64,000 nucleotides of DNA from positions 7,521 to 71,520 of the forward strand of contig JAQUNZ010000002.1 of NCBI GenBank assembly GCA_028717345.1. Reading direction: 5' to 3'. The position numbers were made by a program, and so were the translations under genes. Below, piece after piece: positions 9,427 through 20,088 of this stretch (within the stretch, counting starts at the first letter, position 1; every line of letters starts with the position of its first letter). This DNA comes from Candidatus Methanoperedens sp. GTDB lineage: Archaea > Halobacteriota > Methanosarcinia > Methanosarcinales > Methanoperedenaceae. The notes beneath the pieces are model-generated. The model was not told where the DNA came from, searched no databases, and worked only from the letters and a program-made list of their open reading frames with translations.

Positions 9427-11106
9427 ATGACAAAGCCAAAAATGTCGGGCTCAAAAGCCATTATTGAATCACTCCGCATGGAGAACGTCGAAGTCATATT
9501 CGGATATCCAGGCGGACAGGTATTGCCCCTGTATGATGAATTGTACGATGCAGATATAAGGCACATACTTGTAAGACATGAACAGGCAGCTGCGCATGCC
9601 GCAGACGGTTATGCAAGAGCCACTGGAAAAGTGGGTGTATGCCTTGCCACCTCAGGTCCAGGCGCCACAAACCTCGTTACGGGAATTGCCACCGCCTATA
9701 TGGATTCCGTACCGATGATCGCCATAACAGGTCAGGTACCCCGACCACTTATAGGCAATGATGCATTCCAGGAGGCAAATATCACTGGAATAACCCTCCC
9801 TATAACCAAACATAACTACCTTGTGCAGGACACAAAAGATATCCCCAGGATATTCAAGGAAGCCTTCTATATAGCAGGGACAGGAAGACCTGGACCGGTG
9901 CTTATTGATGTTCCCAAGGATACCCAGATCGAGACTATAGAATTCGAATATCCGCAGGAAGTAAAACTGCGCGGATATAAGCCTACGTACACTGGTAATG
10001 AACAGCAGGTCAAAAAGGCTGCATCTCTCATACTCAAGTCTGAAAAGCCCATATTCTACGTTGGAGGAGGCATAATTTTCTCAAATGCCGCGGAGGAACT
10101 TCGCGAACTTGCCGAATGCATTATGGCGCCTGTCACGACCACACTCATGGGAATGAGCGCCTTCCCAACTGCTCACCCTCTATCTGTTGGTATGCTGGGC
10201 ATGCACGGGACCAGATACGCCAATTATGCAGTCCAGGAATCTGATCTAATTATTGCAGTTGGTGTTCGGTTTGATGACCGGGTTACCGGAAAGATTTCGG
10301 CTTTTGCCCCCAATGCGAAGATCATCCATATTGATATTGATCCAGCAGAGATCGGAAAGAACGTCCGTGTGGACGTTCCGATAGTAGGGGACGCTAAGAA
10401 CATACTCAAATCACTCCTAAAGTTCGTTAAACAGGAACAGACGAAAACCGAAGCGTGGAATAAGAAGATAGATGCGTGGAAAAAAGAATTCCCGCTAACT
10501 TATAAGAAGGACAATTTCCTCAGACCCCAGTTCGTTATCGAGCAGATAAGCGAGGTTTGTCCTGATGCCATAATAGTCACAGAAGTCGGGCAGAACCAGA
10601 TGTGGGCAGCACAGTTCTTCAACTACAAGAATCCGCGCACCTTCATATCAAGCGGAGGTCTTGGCACAATGGGATACGGATTCCCTGCCGCAATGGGCGT
10701 CAAGGTAGGAAAACCAGAATCCACTGTCATAGATATCGCAGGAGATGGCTCTTTCCAGATGAACTCGCAGGAACTGGCTACGGTCGTCCAGGAGGACATT
10801 CCGGTCATCGTAGCGATATTGAACAACGGGTTCCTGGGAATGGTCAGGCAGTGGCAGGAATTGTTCTTCAACAGGCGCTTTTCTTCGACGTGTATTGAGG
10901 GAAGCGTGGATTTCGTGAAGCTTGCTGAAGCATACGGCGCCCTGGGATTAAGAGCTAAGAAGAAGGGCGATGTGAAAGATGTTATCAAGGAAGCTGTGAA
11001 ATCAGGGCGACCTACAGTTATTGATTTTGTTGTTGAGAGGGAGGAAAATGTCTCTCCTATGGTGCCTGCAGGCGCAGCGATTAATGAAATACTGGATCTG
11101 GAGTGA
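9427..11106 (+). CDS. ilvB: Acetolactate synthase large (catalytic) subunit
   Basis: A ThDP enzyme: [40 protein letters not shown] and GDGSFQMN. Confidence 0.92.
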   Translation: MTKPKMSGSKAIIESLRMENVEVIFGYPGGQVLPLYDELYDADIRHILVRHEQAAAHAADGYARATGKVGVCLATSGPGATNLVTGIATAYMDSVPMIAITGQVPRPLIGNDAFQEANITGITLPITKHNYLVQDTKDIPRIFKEAFYIAGTGRPGPVLIDVPKDTQIETIEFEYPQEVKLRGYKPTYTGNEQQVKKAASLILKSEKPIFYVGGGIIFSNAAEELRELAECIMAPVTTTLMGMSAFPTAHPLSVGMLGMHGTRYANYAVQESDLIIAVGVRFDDRVTGKISAFAPNAKIIHIDIDPAEIGKNVRVDVPIVGDAKNILKSLLKFVKQEQTKTEAWNKKIDAWKKEFPLTYKKDNFLRPQFVIEQISEVCPDAIIVTEVGQNQMWAAQFFNYKNPRTFISSGGLGTMGYGFPAAMGVKVGKPESTVIDIAGDGSFQMNSQELATVVQEDIPVIVAILNNGFLGMVRQWQELFFNRRFSSTCIEGSVDFVKLAEAYGALGLRAKKKGDVKDVIKEAVKSGRPTVIDFVVEREENVSPMVPAGAAINEILDLE

Positions 11107-11111
11107 GATAA

Positions 11112-11612
11112 ATGAAACATACAGTTGCAGTTCTTGTTGAAAATAAACCGGGCGTCCTGACCAGGGTTGCAGGTCTTTTCTCAAGGCGCGGATTCAACAT
11201 TGAAAGCCTTGCAGTGGGCGTTACTGAGAACGCGGACACATCCCGCATGACCATTGTCGTAAGCGGTGACGACAATGTGCTTGAACAGGTAATGAAGCAG
11301 CTCAACAAGCTCATCGATGTCATTAGGGTTAGCGACATCCCTCAAGAGGATTCAGTGAACAGGGAGCTTGCTCTGATCAAGGTCGGCGTGGATTCCAACA
11401 CGCGCGCTGAAGTGATGCAAATAGTTGACATCTTCAGGGCAAAGATAGTGGACGTGGGTGTGAAATCGCTAATAGTCGAGGTCACAGGCGACGAGAGCAA
11501 GATAAATGCGATAGAGCAGCTGCTTCGCCAGTTCGGGGTAAAGGAGATGGTGAGGACCGGGAAGGTGGCTATGAACAGAGGGGCGAAGGTAGTGCAGAGC
11601 GAGAAGAAATAA
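11112..11612 (+). CDS. ilvN: Acetolactate synthase small (regulatory) subunit
   Basis: ACT domain: [34 protein letters not shown]. It starts 5 nt after ilvB. Confidence 0.92.
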   Translation: MKHTVAVLVENKPGVLTRVAGLFSRRGFNIESLAVGVTENADTSRMTIVVSGDDNVLEQVMKQLNKLIDVIRVSDIPQEDSVNRELALIKVGVDSNTRAEVMQIVDIFRAKIVDVGVKSLIVEVTGDESKINAIEQLLRQFGVKEMVRTGKVAMNRGAKVVQSEKK

Positions 11613-11637
11613 GAGATATCTTGACCCTGTGGGATAA

Positions 11638-11645
11638 TTTTTTTT
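11638..11645 (+). terminator. Oligo-T tract (T8) downstream of ilvN
   Basis: An archaeal-style poly-T terminator candidate sits in the 44-nt gap between the convergent ilvN and tgt genes. Confidence 0.35.
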
Positions 11646-11656
11646 CTCGACTCTTT

Positions 11657-12775
<1,119 letters not shown>

Positions 12776-13780
12776 CTATCTGAAAACAAGCATAGCATCG
12801 CCGAAGCTGTAAAACCTGTATGAATTCGATATGGCTTCCGAATATGCGGTCATAAGCCTTTCCCTTCCAGCAAATGCGCTTACTAACATAAGAAGAGTGG
12901 ATTTGGGCAGATGGAAGTTTGTGATCAATGCATCGATCCTTGATCTGAATATGTAAGGCGGATATATGAAAAGCCGACTGAGATCTTCCTTTGCTGTGAT
13001 CCTCCCGTCCACGCATGAACTTTCAAGCGCTTTTGCAGTTGTTGTACCTGCTGCTATGAGTTTTCCTTCCGTACTGTTGATAATATCTGCGTTTTTCTGG
13101 CTGACAGAGACATACTCAGGTTCCATAATATGCTCTTCTATGTTCTCGGCTTTTACCGGGGTGAACGTGCCAGGGCTTACATGAAGCGTGACATACGCCA
13201 CATTGACACCTTTTTTCTTTATCCTGTCAAGCAATTCGCCTGTAAAATGAAGACCCGCTGTGGGTGCCGCGATCGAGCCGTTCTCCCTTGCATACACGGT
13301 CTGATAGCGCCCCCTGTCCTCCAGTTTTTGCTTTATATAGGGTGGCAGCGGAGCTTCGCCTACTTTTTCGAGGATGTCGTTCAGGTTCCCGTTGCAGTTG
13401 AACTCCACCATGTACCTGGCGCCTGTGTTCTCCTTTTTTACTTCAAGAACCGTAGCTTTAAGTTCCCCGAAATAAATTTGTGTTCCTTCACGGATGTTCT
13501 TACCCTGTATGAGGCACTCGTATCCTGCGTCCGTTTTCGAGACCACGAGCGCTTCCACATGCCCGCCCGTGCTTTTTTTTCCCCGAAGTTTTGCAGGGAT
13601 AACACGGGAATCGTTAAGAACGAGGGTATCACCTTTTTCAAGATAATCAGTAATGTCCCTGAAATACCTGTGCTTTATGTCCCTTCCGACCACCATTAGC
13701 CTTGATGCATCCCTGGGTTCTATGGGGGACTGGGCGATCAGTTCTTTCGGGAGATGGTAATCAAAATCACATAGTTTCAT
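12776..13780 (-). CDS. queA: S-adenosylmethionine:tRNA ribosyltransferase-isomerase
   Basis: Motifs MKLCDFDYHLPKELIAQSP..PRDASRLMV, APTAGLHFT and TLHVSPGTF. It lies immediately upstream of tgt on the same strand. Confidence 0.88.
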   Translation of the reverse strand: MKLCDFDYHLPKELIAQSPIEPRDASRLMVVGRDIKHRYFRDITDYLEKGDTLVLNDSRVIPAKLRGKKSTGGHVEALVVSKTDAGYECLIQGKNIREGTQIYFGELKATVLEVKKENTGARYMVEFNCNGNLNDILEKVGEAPLPPYIKQKLEDRGRYQTVYARENGSIAAPTAGLHFTGELLDRIKKKGVNVAYVTLHVSPGTFTPVKAENIEEHIMEPEYVSVSQKNADIINSTEGKLIAAGTTTAKALESSCVDGRITAKEDLSRLFIYPPYIFRSRIDALITNFHLPKSTLLMLVSAFAGRERLMTAYSEAISNSYRFYSFGDAMLVFR

Positions 13781-13901
13781 CTGGTGCTTAGTTTACATGC
13801 AGGGTTAAGTAATTTTTCTATGAGGAAATCCCTGTGATATTAAATGAATTTAAATATTTCAGGTGATAATATAACCTAAGTTCAAAGGAGGCAGAAATGG
13901 T

Positions 13902-14000
13902 ATGAAAAGAGTTAAAACCTTATTGCTGGCGGCAATGGTTTTGACCGCGGTAACGGCAGTTGCGGTTGTTGGAGCTGAGCCCTGTTTTTTTCTTTTGTAA
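13902..14000 (+). CDS. Hypothetical 32-aa signal-peptide-like ORF
   Basis: Hand translation: MKRVKTLLLAAMVLTAVTAVAVVGAEPCFFLL. A GGAGG lies about 10 nt upstream. There is no homology evidence. Confidence 0.25.
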   Translation: MKRVKTLLLAAMVLTAVTAVAVVGAEPCFFLL

Positions 14001-14066
14001 TTCATAAACTAAATATCGTTTTTCATATTGCGATACTATTTTATCAAAAATGACGTTATTAGCCAC

Positions 14067-14672
14067 ATGGATATACTGAGAAAAATCTCAAAGAAAGTCC
14101 CTGTGGCATTAATATTCACCCTGTTCATCGGATTCCTGTTGATACTTCTGTCACCTGAAGACAAAGAACTGGGCGCGATTTTGAAATTGATTTACCTTCA
14201 TGGCGCCCTGATAACAGCAGGTCTCTCTCTGTTCACAGCAGCTGGTTTGGTAAGCCTGATATCGCTTTTCAGGGGCAGGATGAAATTCAAAATGCTATTT
14301 GCCATCGAAAAAACCGCGGTAATCTTCTGGGTCGCTGCTACCATCATCGGAGACCTGACCTCGGTGCTTGCATGGGGAGGCATCAATCCGGGCGAGCCCA
14401 GGTTCGCTGCTACGATCATTGTCTCCCTGATATCAGTGGGTGTTTATTTTATTTCCACTTCGATCGATGATCGTAAAATAATATCCCTTCTTGGCATCGG
14501 GCTGGCTGTGTCGGTGTGGGTTATAATGGGAAGCGCAGGGAAGATACTGCATCCTGATAATCCATTCAGCGCTTCTGAACAGTCTATAAAAACTTTTTTC
14601 TTTTTGATCTCGCTGGTCTTTCTTGCAGCCTCAGTCCTGACGGTTCGCTGGATTAAAAAGATGGAGACGTGA
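14067..14672 (+). CDS. Polytopic membrane protein, function unknown
   Basis: Multiple hydrophobic segments. The start was moved to the first ATG (MDILRK); the track start at 14028 is a TTG. Confidence 0.5.
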   Translation: MDILRKISKKVPVALIFTLFIGFLLILLSPEDKELGAILKLIYLHGALITAGLSLFTAAGLVSLISLFRGRMKFKMLFAIEKTAVIFWVAATIIGDLTSVLAWGGINPGEPRFAATIIVSLISVGVYFISTSIDDRKIISLLGIGLAVSVWVIMGSAGKILHPDNPFSASEQSIKTFFFLISLVFLAASVLTVRWIKKMET

Positions 14673-14673
14673 T

Positions 14674-15099
14674 GTGGAACTCACAAAAGTAATTATCGTG
14701 GCTTTGATATCCCTATCGCCAGTAGGGGAGGAACTGATAGCCATTCCCGCAGGCGTAGCCTTAGGACTGCCTGTTTTTCTTGCAGCGGCAGTTGCGGCTG
14801 TCGCCAACTTTCTGCCCGTCCCTGCTCTGTTTTTCATCTTTGACCAGGGGAACAAATACCCGAAGCTTCGGGACTGGCTCATGAGGCGCAGGAACGAGAG
14901 GGTACAGAGGTGGATGGATAAGTACGGCATTTTCGGGTTGTTCATCCTTACACCATGGACAGGGGTATATGCTGCCACTGTGACCTGCGAACTGCTGGGG
15001 ATGAAGAGGGCGAGGATTTGTGCTACTATAGCAGCAAGCCTTGCATTCTACGCTTTGATCGTTGGAGTCGTGCTCACTACTGGAACAAACATTATCTGA
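14674..15099 (+). CDS. Small membrane protein (COG2426 / small multidrug export-like)
   Basis: 141 aa with a GTG start. SPVGEELIAIPAGVALGLP ... LTPWTGVYAATV resembles the Sm_multidrug_ex family, but the assignment is weak. Confidence 0.45.
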   Translation: MELTKVIIVALISLSPVGEELIAIPAGVALGLPVFLAAAVAAVANFLPVPALFFIFDQGNKYPKLRDWLMRRRNERVQRWMDKYGIFGLFILTPWTGVYAATVTCELLGMKRARICATIAASLAFYALIVGVVLTTGTNII

Positions 15100-15104
15100 A
15101 CTTA

Positions 15105-16067
15105 TTAGCTGGATTTTTGTTCAGGATCACTGCTCACCACCTGCTCAGGTGAAGGTACCCTCACTTCTGAACTTACTACCTGATCCCTCCAGGTTGCAGT
15201 TACAACCACTTTATATTTGTCTCCAACCTTGCCTTTTACAACTACAGGGGACAGTATGTATTTTTCATCCGACGGCTCGCCCTGGGAGAGTTCAATAACT
15301 ACGATTGGAGCAAATATATGGGTATCGATGCTGGTTCTTGTTCCGGTCACAGGATCGAAAATCTCTTTGTTTATTCGCCAATCCACCATGGGTCCAGATG
15401 AATAATATGAATAATCAATGGGATACAAAGAGTATTCCCTTCTAAATGTTGAAACTGTAGTATTCGATAGTTCATTTATTACTGAGATATTAACCACAAC
15501 ACCATGTGCAGGACCTTTTCCTGTGATCAGTAAATTACCATGAACAGTGTGTATCTCATTAGTTCCATTAATCCCTTTATGGTTCTGAAGATCCAGTGAT
15601 ATTTTTGGCTCCGGGATATTGATATCGATTGATCTGGAATCAATGAATTTTCCGTATTGATATATTTCCACCTCGATTTTTTGTGGTCCTGGCACCTCAT
15701 ATCCCATCATGTAAACTATCCAGTTGCTGCCGGGTTTTAATGTTACTTCTTTCTGAGATGTGTCTATAGCATCTGATTCATTTTGTGAGGAATAATTCAA
15801 ATTCCCATATGCTACAACCCGGACTCCTTTCAAACTCACTCCTTTGGAGTCCACGAATGAATTTTTCACGTTTATCGTTACATTTACATCTTTTGGTGCA
15901 TTATTTTGCAGAGTTACATTGAATGTCCCAAGCTGTCCTATGACGAGTCCCGTCTGTGCATTTATTCCTGCAATGCTGACATCTGACGGGGTAAAATACC
16001 AGACTAACACAGCAGCAGATAGTAAAACAACCGTTGCAATTGCCCATATTAAAATCTTATTTTTCAT
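15105..16067 (-). CDS. Secreted or membrane-anchored protein, unknown (beta-rich, CARDB-like feel)
   Basis: It has an N-terminal TM or signal segment (ILIWAIATVVLLSAAVLVWY). It overlaps the upstream wHTH gene by 11 nt, so the two look like an operon. Confidence 0.55.
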   Translation of the reverse strand: MKNKILIWAIATVVLLSAAVLVWYFTPSDVSIAGINAQTGLVIGQLGTFNVTLQNNAPKDVNVTINVKNSFVDSKGVSLKGVRVVAYGNLNYSSQNESDAIDTSQKEVTLKPGSNWIVYMMGYEVPGPQKIEVEIYQYGKFIDSRSIDINIPEPKISLDLQNHKGINGTNEIHTVHGNLLITGKGPAHGVVVNISVINELSNTTVSTFRREYSLYPIDYSYYSSGPMVDWRINKEIFDPVTGTRTSIDTHIFAPIVVIELSQGEPSDEKYILSPVVVKGKVGDKYKVVVTATWRDQVVSSEVRVPSPEQVVSSDPEQKSS

Positions 16068-16659
16068 TCATCTCACCTCTTATTTTGTCAGCCAGAGCAA
16101 CCTTATTTGTCAAACCATACTGCTTTTTAACTACCAGCTTTCTCTTTTCAAGGTCGGTTACCATCCTTGAGACCTTTGCTTTTGAGAAATTCAATGATAG
16201 CACAAGTTCATTCTGAAGGATTTCGCCGCCGTGGTCTGCAATTTCCCTGACCAGTTTCTTCTCATCCCCTTCCAGGGCAGTCAATACAGCCTCTATCAAT
16301 AGTGAGTTGTCAATAACATGCTCCGAAAGATCAACTTCATTTGTGTGGATTTCCGGGATTTTCACCTGCATGTTTTCAACTGTCAGGTTATTGATATCGT
16401 CCCTTCCTGCGGCAAATAACCATGAGAGGATATACGATAGCATAATCCCCCCAACTGCCGAAAAAAACACCAGAACGTACGCATCATTCTTCGTATAAGC
16501 ATAGGGAAGTTCAAGTATCTTGAAAGTCCCGTCGTTTATCTGGATAATGGACGGCTTCGTGGCAAGCAGCATGCTTGTGACAATAATGCATGCCACGACC
16601 AGCGCCGCGCCAGCAAGAACCATTGTGACTGTTCTTCTTGATTTCATCAAAATCCTCAC
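16057..16659 (-). CDS. Membrane-anchored winged-helix (MarR-like) protein (COG2512-type)
   Basis: Two N-terminal TM segments are followed by LEGDEKKLVREIADHGGEILQNELVLSLNFSKAKVSRMVTDLEKRKLVVKK, a wHTH. Confidence 0.6.
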   Translation of the reverse strand: MRILMKSRRTVTMVLAGAALVVACIIVTSMLLATKPSIIQINDGTFKILELPYAYTKNDAYVLVFFSAVGGIMLSYILSWLFAAGRDDINNLTVENMQVKIPEIHTNEVDLSEHVIDNSLLIEAVLTALEGDEKKLVREIADHGGEILQNELVLSLNFSKAKVSRMVTDLEKRKLVVKKQYGLTNKVALADKIRGEMNEK

Positions 16660-16859
16660 GTATCTTTTGGTTGCCTGAACTGTTTAATTTATCTATGCGC
16701 TCATTTAGCGCATGAGTTATCCAACGGTTGAAACAACTGATACATCTTGCGCAGGACAAACCCTGAAACGGTTGCAATAAACTGAAACCACCCGTCTATG
16801 CATCCTGATGCAAAAGCAAAAATAGGAACAAACCCATATCAAACCCCGGAGACACCCGA

Positions 16860-19463
16860 ATGGACAAAATGACGCCAGCGATGCGCCAGTACTACGAGGC
16901 AAAGGAAAAGCATAAGGACGCCCTCATCTTTTTCAGAATGGGTGACTTTTACGAGTCATTTGGCGACGACGCAAAGGTGATCGCAAAGGAACTTGAAATC
17001 ACGCTCACCTCGCGCGGCAGGGATAAAGATGGCGAGGACATGCCGCTGGCAGGGATACCGTACCATGCTGTTGATTCATACCTCCCCAAGCTCATCAAAA
17101 AAGGCTACAAGGTGGCGATATGCGAGCAGCTTGAAGACCCGAAGAACGCTAAAGGCATTGTAAAGCGCGGCGTGGTCAGGGTCATCACGCCAGGAACTGT
17201 TATTGATCCATCCCTTATTTCTGACCAGTCGAACAACTATCTCATGTCCATCTCAGGTGAGGGACTTGAGTTTGGCATATCGTTCCTTGATGTGAGCACC
17301 GGCGAGTTCCTGACCACCCAGTTCACAGATAACGGGAATTATGACAGGATAATAAGCGAGGCTTCGCGGATGCGCCCTGCTGAATGCATTCTTCCGCCGA
17401 CGCTTTTTGATAATAAGAAACTTGTTGACCGTTTGAAAGACCTCAGCATCGTCCTCAACAAATTCGATGCTGATGCCTTTGATAAAAAAACCGCGCGCGA
17501 AAATCTCACACAACATTTTGGTGTGATGACGCTTGAGGGTATGGGATGCGAAGCGCTCCCGCTTGCCATCTCCTCTTCCGGCGCCACCCTTCTGTATGCC
17601 AAGACCACCCAGATGAGAGACCTGGCTCATATCCAGTCTGTCAGGACTTACTTTGAGAACGAATTCATGGTGCTGGATTCCATCACGCTTCGAAACCTTG
17701 AGATAATACAGGGAGTGCGTGGGGATAATTCATCCCTGCTGAGCATACTTGACAGCACAAGAACGCCAATGGGCGGACGGCTCCTGCAAAAGATGCTCCT
17801 TAAGCCCCTGATCTTTTCAGCCGGAATAAATGAAAGGCTTGATTCTGTAGGTGAGCTTGTGAAAAAGACGCTGCTTCGTTTTGACATACGATCGCAGCTC
17901 TCAAATGTGCGGGATATCGAGCGGCTGGTCGGAAGGATCGTCTATGGGAACTCAAATGCCCGCGACCTTGTGGCTCTTAAGGTATCAATTGCCGCGCTTC
18001 CTGATATTTCAAGATCCATCAAAGAAAGCGACATCAAATCACCGCTACTGCTGAACATTTTGCACAGGTTCGGGGACTTTGGCGATATTGTCACCCTGCT
18101 CACGCGCGCTATCGTGGACGATCCGCCGTTGAGCGTCCGGGAAGGCGGTATGATAAAAGAGGGTTATAACGAAAAACTGGATGAGTTAAAGAAAATGTCA
18201 CTGCACGGCAAGGACTGGATCGCAGAAATGCAGCAGAAGGAGCGCGAACGCACAGGAATTAAATCGCTTAAGGTGGGTTATAATTCTGTATTCGGATACT
18301 ACATTGAAGTCACGAAAGCCAATCTTGCACAGGTGCCTCCCGACTATATACGGAAGCAGACAACAGCCAGTGGAGAGCGATTCTACACGCCAGAACTTAA
18401 GGAAAAAGAGGTGATGATACTCTCGGCTGATGAAAAAAGGACGGCTCTTGAGTACGAGCTCTTAATTGAGATAAACTCGCAGATCGCATTGCATGCAAAG
18501 GAATTACAGGCAACAGCCGCAGCCCTGGGGGAACTGGATGTCATCGCGAACCTTGCTGATGTGGCTGTGAATAACAGGTATATCAGGCCAGAAGTGAACG
18601 AAGGATGCAGTATCATCATACGCGACGGCAGGCACCCTGTGGTGGAAAGAACGCTTTCAGGTTTTGTCCCCAACGATACGCATATGGACTGCCAGGAGAA
18701 CCAGTTCCTTTTAATAACCGGTCCTAACATGGCAGGAAAATCCACATACATGAGGCAGAATGCTCTCATCGTGATAATGGCGCAGATCGGCAGTTTTGTG
18801 CCCGCTTCTTATGCATCAGTGGGTATCGTTGACAGGATATTCACACGCGTGGGCGCCTTTGACGACCTTGCCAGCGGGCAGAGTACATTTATGATAGAGA
18901 TGGTGGAACTTGCCAATATACTGAACAATGCTACCCAGAAGAGCCTGATACTTCTTGACGAAATAGGAAGGGGAACAAGCACCTACGACGGCTTCAGTAT
19001 CGCAAAGGCTGTGGTCGAGTTCATCCACAACAAAGACCGCGTGGGTGTGCGCTCTCTTTTTGCCACGCATTACCATCAGCTCACTGCGGTGGAAGGGATA
19101 CTGAAGAGGGTAAAGAATTATCACATAGCGGTAAAAGAAGAAGGCAGTGACCTTGTGTTCCTGCGAAAGATAATCCCTGGCGCAACCGACAGGAGCTACG
19201 GCATCCATGTTGCGCGGCTTGCGGGTGTGCCTCTGAAGGTGACGCAGAGAGCTAAGGAGATACTGAAGGAAATGGAGAACGGGAGCACGATCACAAGAGG
19301 AAAGGACAGCGCAAGATACACGCAACTTATGCTTTTCGGCGCTGAGGAAAAAAAGGACTCACCTGTAGCCGAAGAATTGAAGAACCTGAACGTGGACGCA
19401 ATGACGCCGCTTGAGGCGCTGAATGCGCTGGCGTCGCTGAGGAAAAAGGCGGGGGGGACGTAA
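16860..19463 (+). CDS. mutS: DNA mismatch repair protein MutS
   Basis: Motifs MTPAMRQYYEAKEKH..FFRMGDFYE, the Walker A GPNMAGKSTYMRQ, and LLDEIGRGTSTYDG. Confidence 0.95.
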   Translation: MDKMTPAMRQYYEAKEKHKDALIFFRMGDFYESFGDDAKVIAKELEITLTSRGRDKDGEDMPLAGIPYHAVDSYLPKLIKKGYKVAICEQLEDPKNAKGIVKRGVVRVITPGTVIDPSLISDQSNNYLMSISGEGLEFGISFLDVSTGEFLTTQFTDNGNYDRIISEASRMRPAECILPPTLFDNKKLVDRLKDLSIVLNKFDADAFDKKTARENLTQHFGVMTLEGMGCEALPLAISSSGATLLYAKTTQMRDLAHIQSVRTYFENEFMVLDSITLRNLEIIQGVRGDNSSLLSILDSTRTPMGGRLLQKMLLKPLIFSAGINERLDSVGELVKKTLLRFDIRSQLSNVRDIERLVGRIVYGNSNARDLVALKVSIAALPDISRSIKESDIKSPLLLNILHRFGDFGDIVTLLTRAIVDDPPLSVREGGMIKEGYNEKLDELKKMSLHGKDWIAEMQQKERERTGIKSLKVGYNSVFGYYIEVTKANLAQVPPDYIRKQTTASGERFYTPELKEKEVMILSADEKRTALEYELLIEINSQIALHAKELQATAAALGELDVIANLADVAVNNRYIRPEVNEGCSIIIRDGRHPVVERTLSGFVPNDTHMDCQENQFLLITGPNMAGKSTYMRQNALIVIMAQIGSFVPASYASVGIVDRIFTRVGAFDDLASGQSTFMIEMVELANILNNATQKSLILLDEIGRGTSTYDGFSIAKAVVEFIHNKDRVGVRSLFATHYHQLTAVEGILKRVKNYHIAVKEEGSDLVFLRKIIPGATDRSYGIHVARLAGVPLKVTQRAKEILKEMENGSTITRGKDSARYTQLMLFGAEEKKDSPVAEELKNLNVDAMTPLEALNALASLRKKAGGT

Positions 19464-19468
19464 AGCAT

Positions 19469-19823
19469 TCAAATCAGCTTTACATTCCCCTTCCATTTCA
19501 GTATCTCATGCAGCTTTCCATCCGTTGTCAACAGGGGCACTTTCTCCCTCTCCGAAGCAGCTACGAAAAGTGAATCATAGATTGTGATCTTCTCAGAAAC
19601 AGCGATCCTGAAAGCATCATCAAGCAGATCTTTTGAAGCGATAACATCACATGCCCCGGCAATGAAATCAGAACTGCTATTCAATGCTTCAAGCATGAGT
19701 TTCACAGGCTCTTTAAAAAAAGCAACCCTCTTCCAGGCGACATTTGCCACCTCAACAAATGAAAAATATCGCTGCAATGACGCCAGAATCAAGTATTACC
19801 TTATTGTATTCTCGCTCTGGCAT
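19469..19823 (-). pseudogene. vapC: vapC (PIN) split by a 1-nt frameshift
   Basis: The N-terminal piece MPEREYNKVILDSGVIAAIFF (ATG at 19823) is in a different frame from the 107-aa ORF 19469..19792 (...FVEVANVAWKR...IYDSLFVA...LLTTDGKL). The frames switch at a homopolymer (A5 on the + strand, 19762-19766). Confidence 0.65.
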
Positions 19824-19989
19824 CCCTATCCTCTCGTATCAGCCCGGCAGCGCTCTTACATGATCTCATATCCCGTCTCAACCCTTTTGCCTTGGAAAGC
19901 AATCGTTCTTTACTTTTATTCTTCACAAACTCTTCCAGCATGTGCCTTATCTCCTGCTGCCAGTTTATCTCTCCCATTTCCTCCATCAT
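19801..19989 (-). CDS. Small antitoxin-like protein upstream of the split PIN gene
   Basis: 62 aa, ending ...AAGLIREDRDARARIQ. It overlaps the PIN N-terminal fragment by 23 nt, as in TA operons. Confidence 0.5.
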   Translation of the reverse strand: MMEEMGEINWQQEIRHMLEEFVKNKSKERLLSKAKGLRRDMRSCKSAAGLIREDRDARARIQ

Positions 19990-20088
19990 CTTTCTCAGTT
20001 CAGCCGGTATCCTGATGCTATATAAACATTGTTTTCAATCCTTGCCACTCGAAACAGTAAATAACTATCACAGCATATAACCAAAAAC

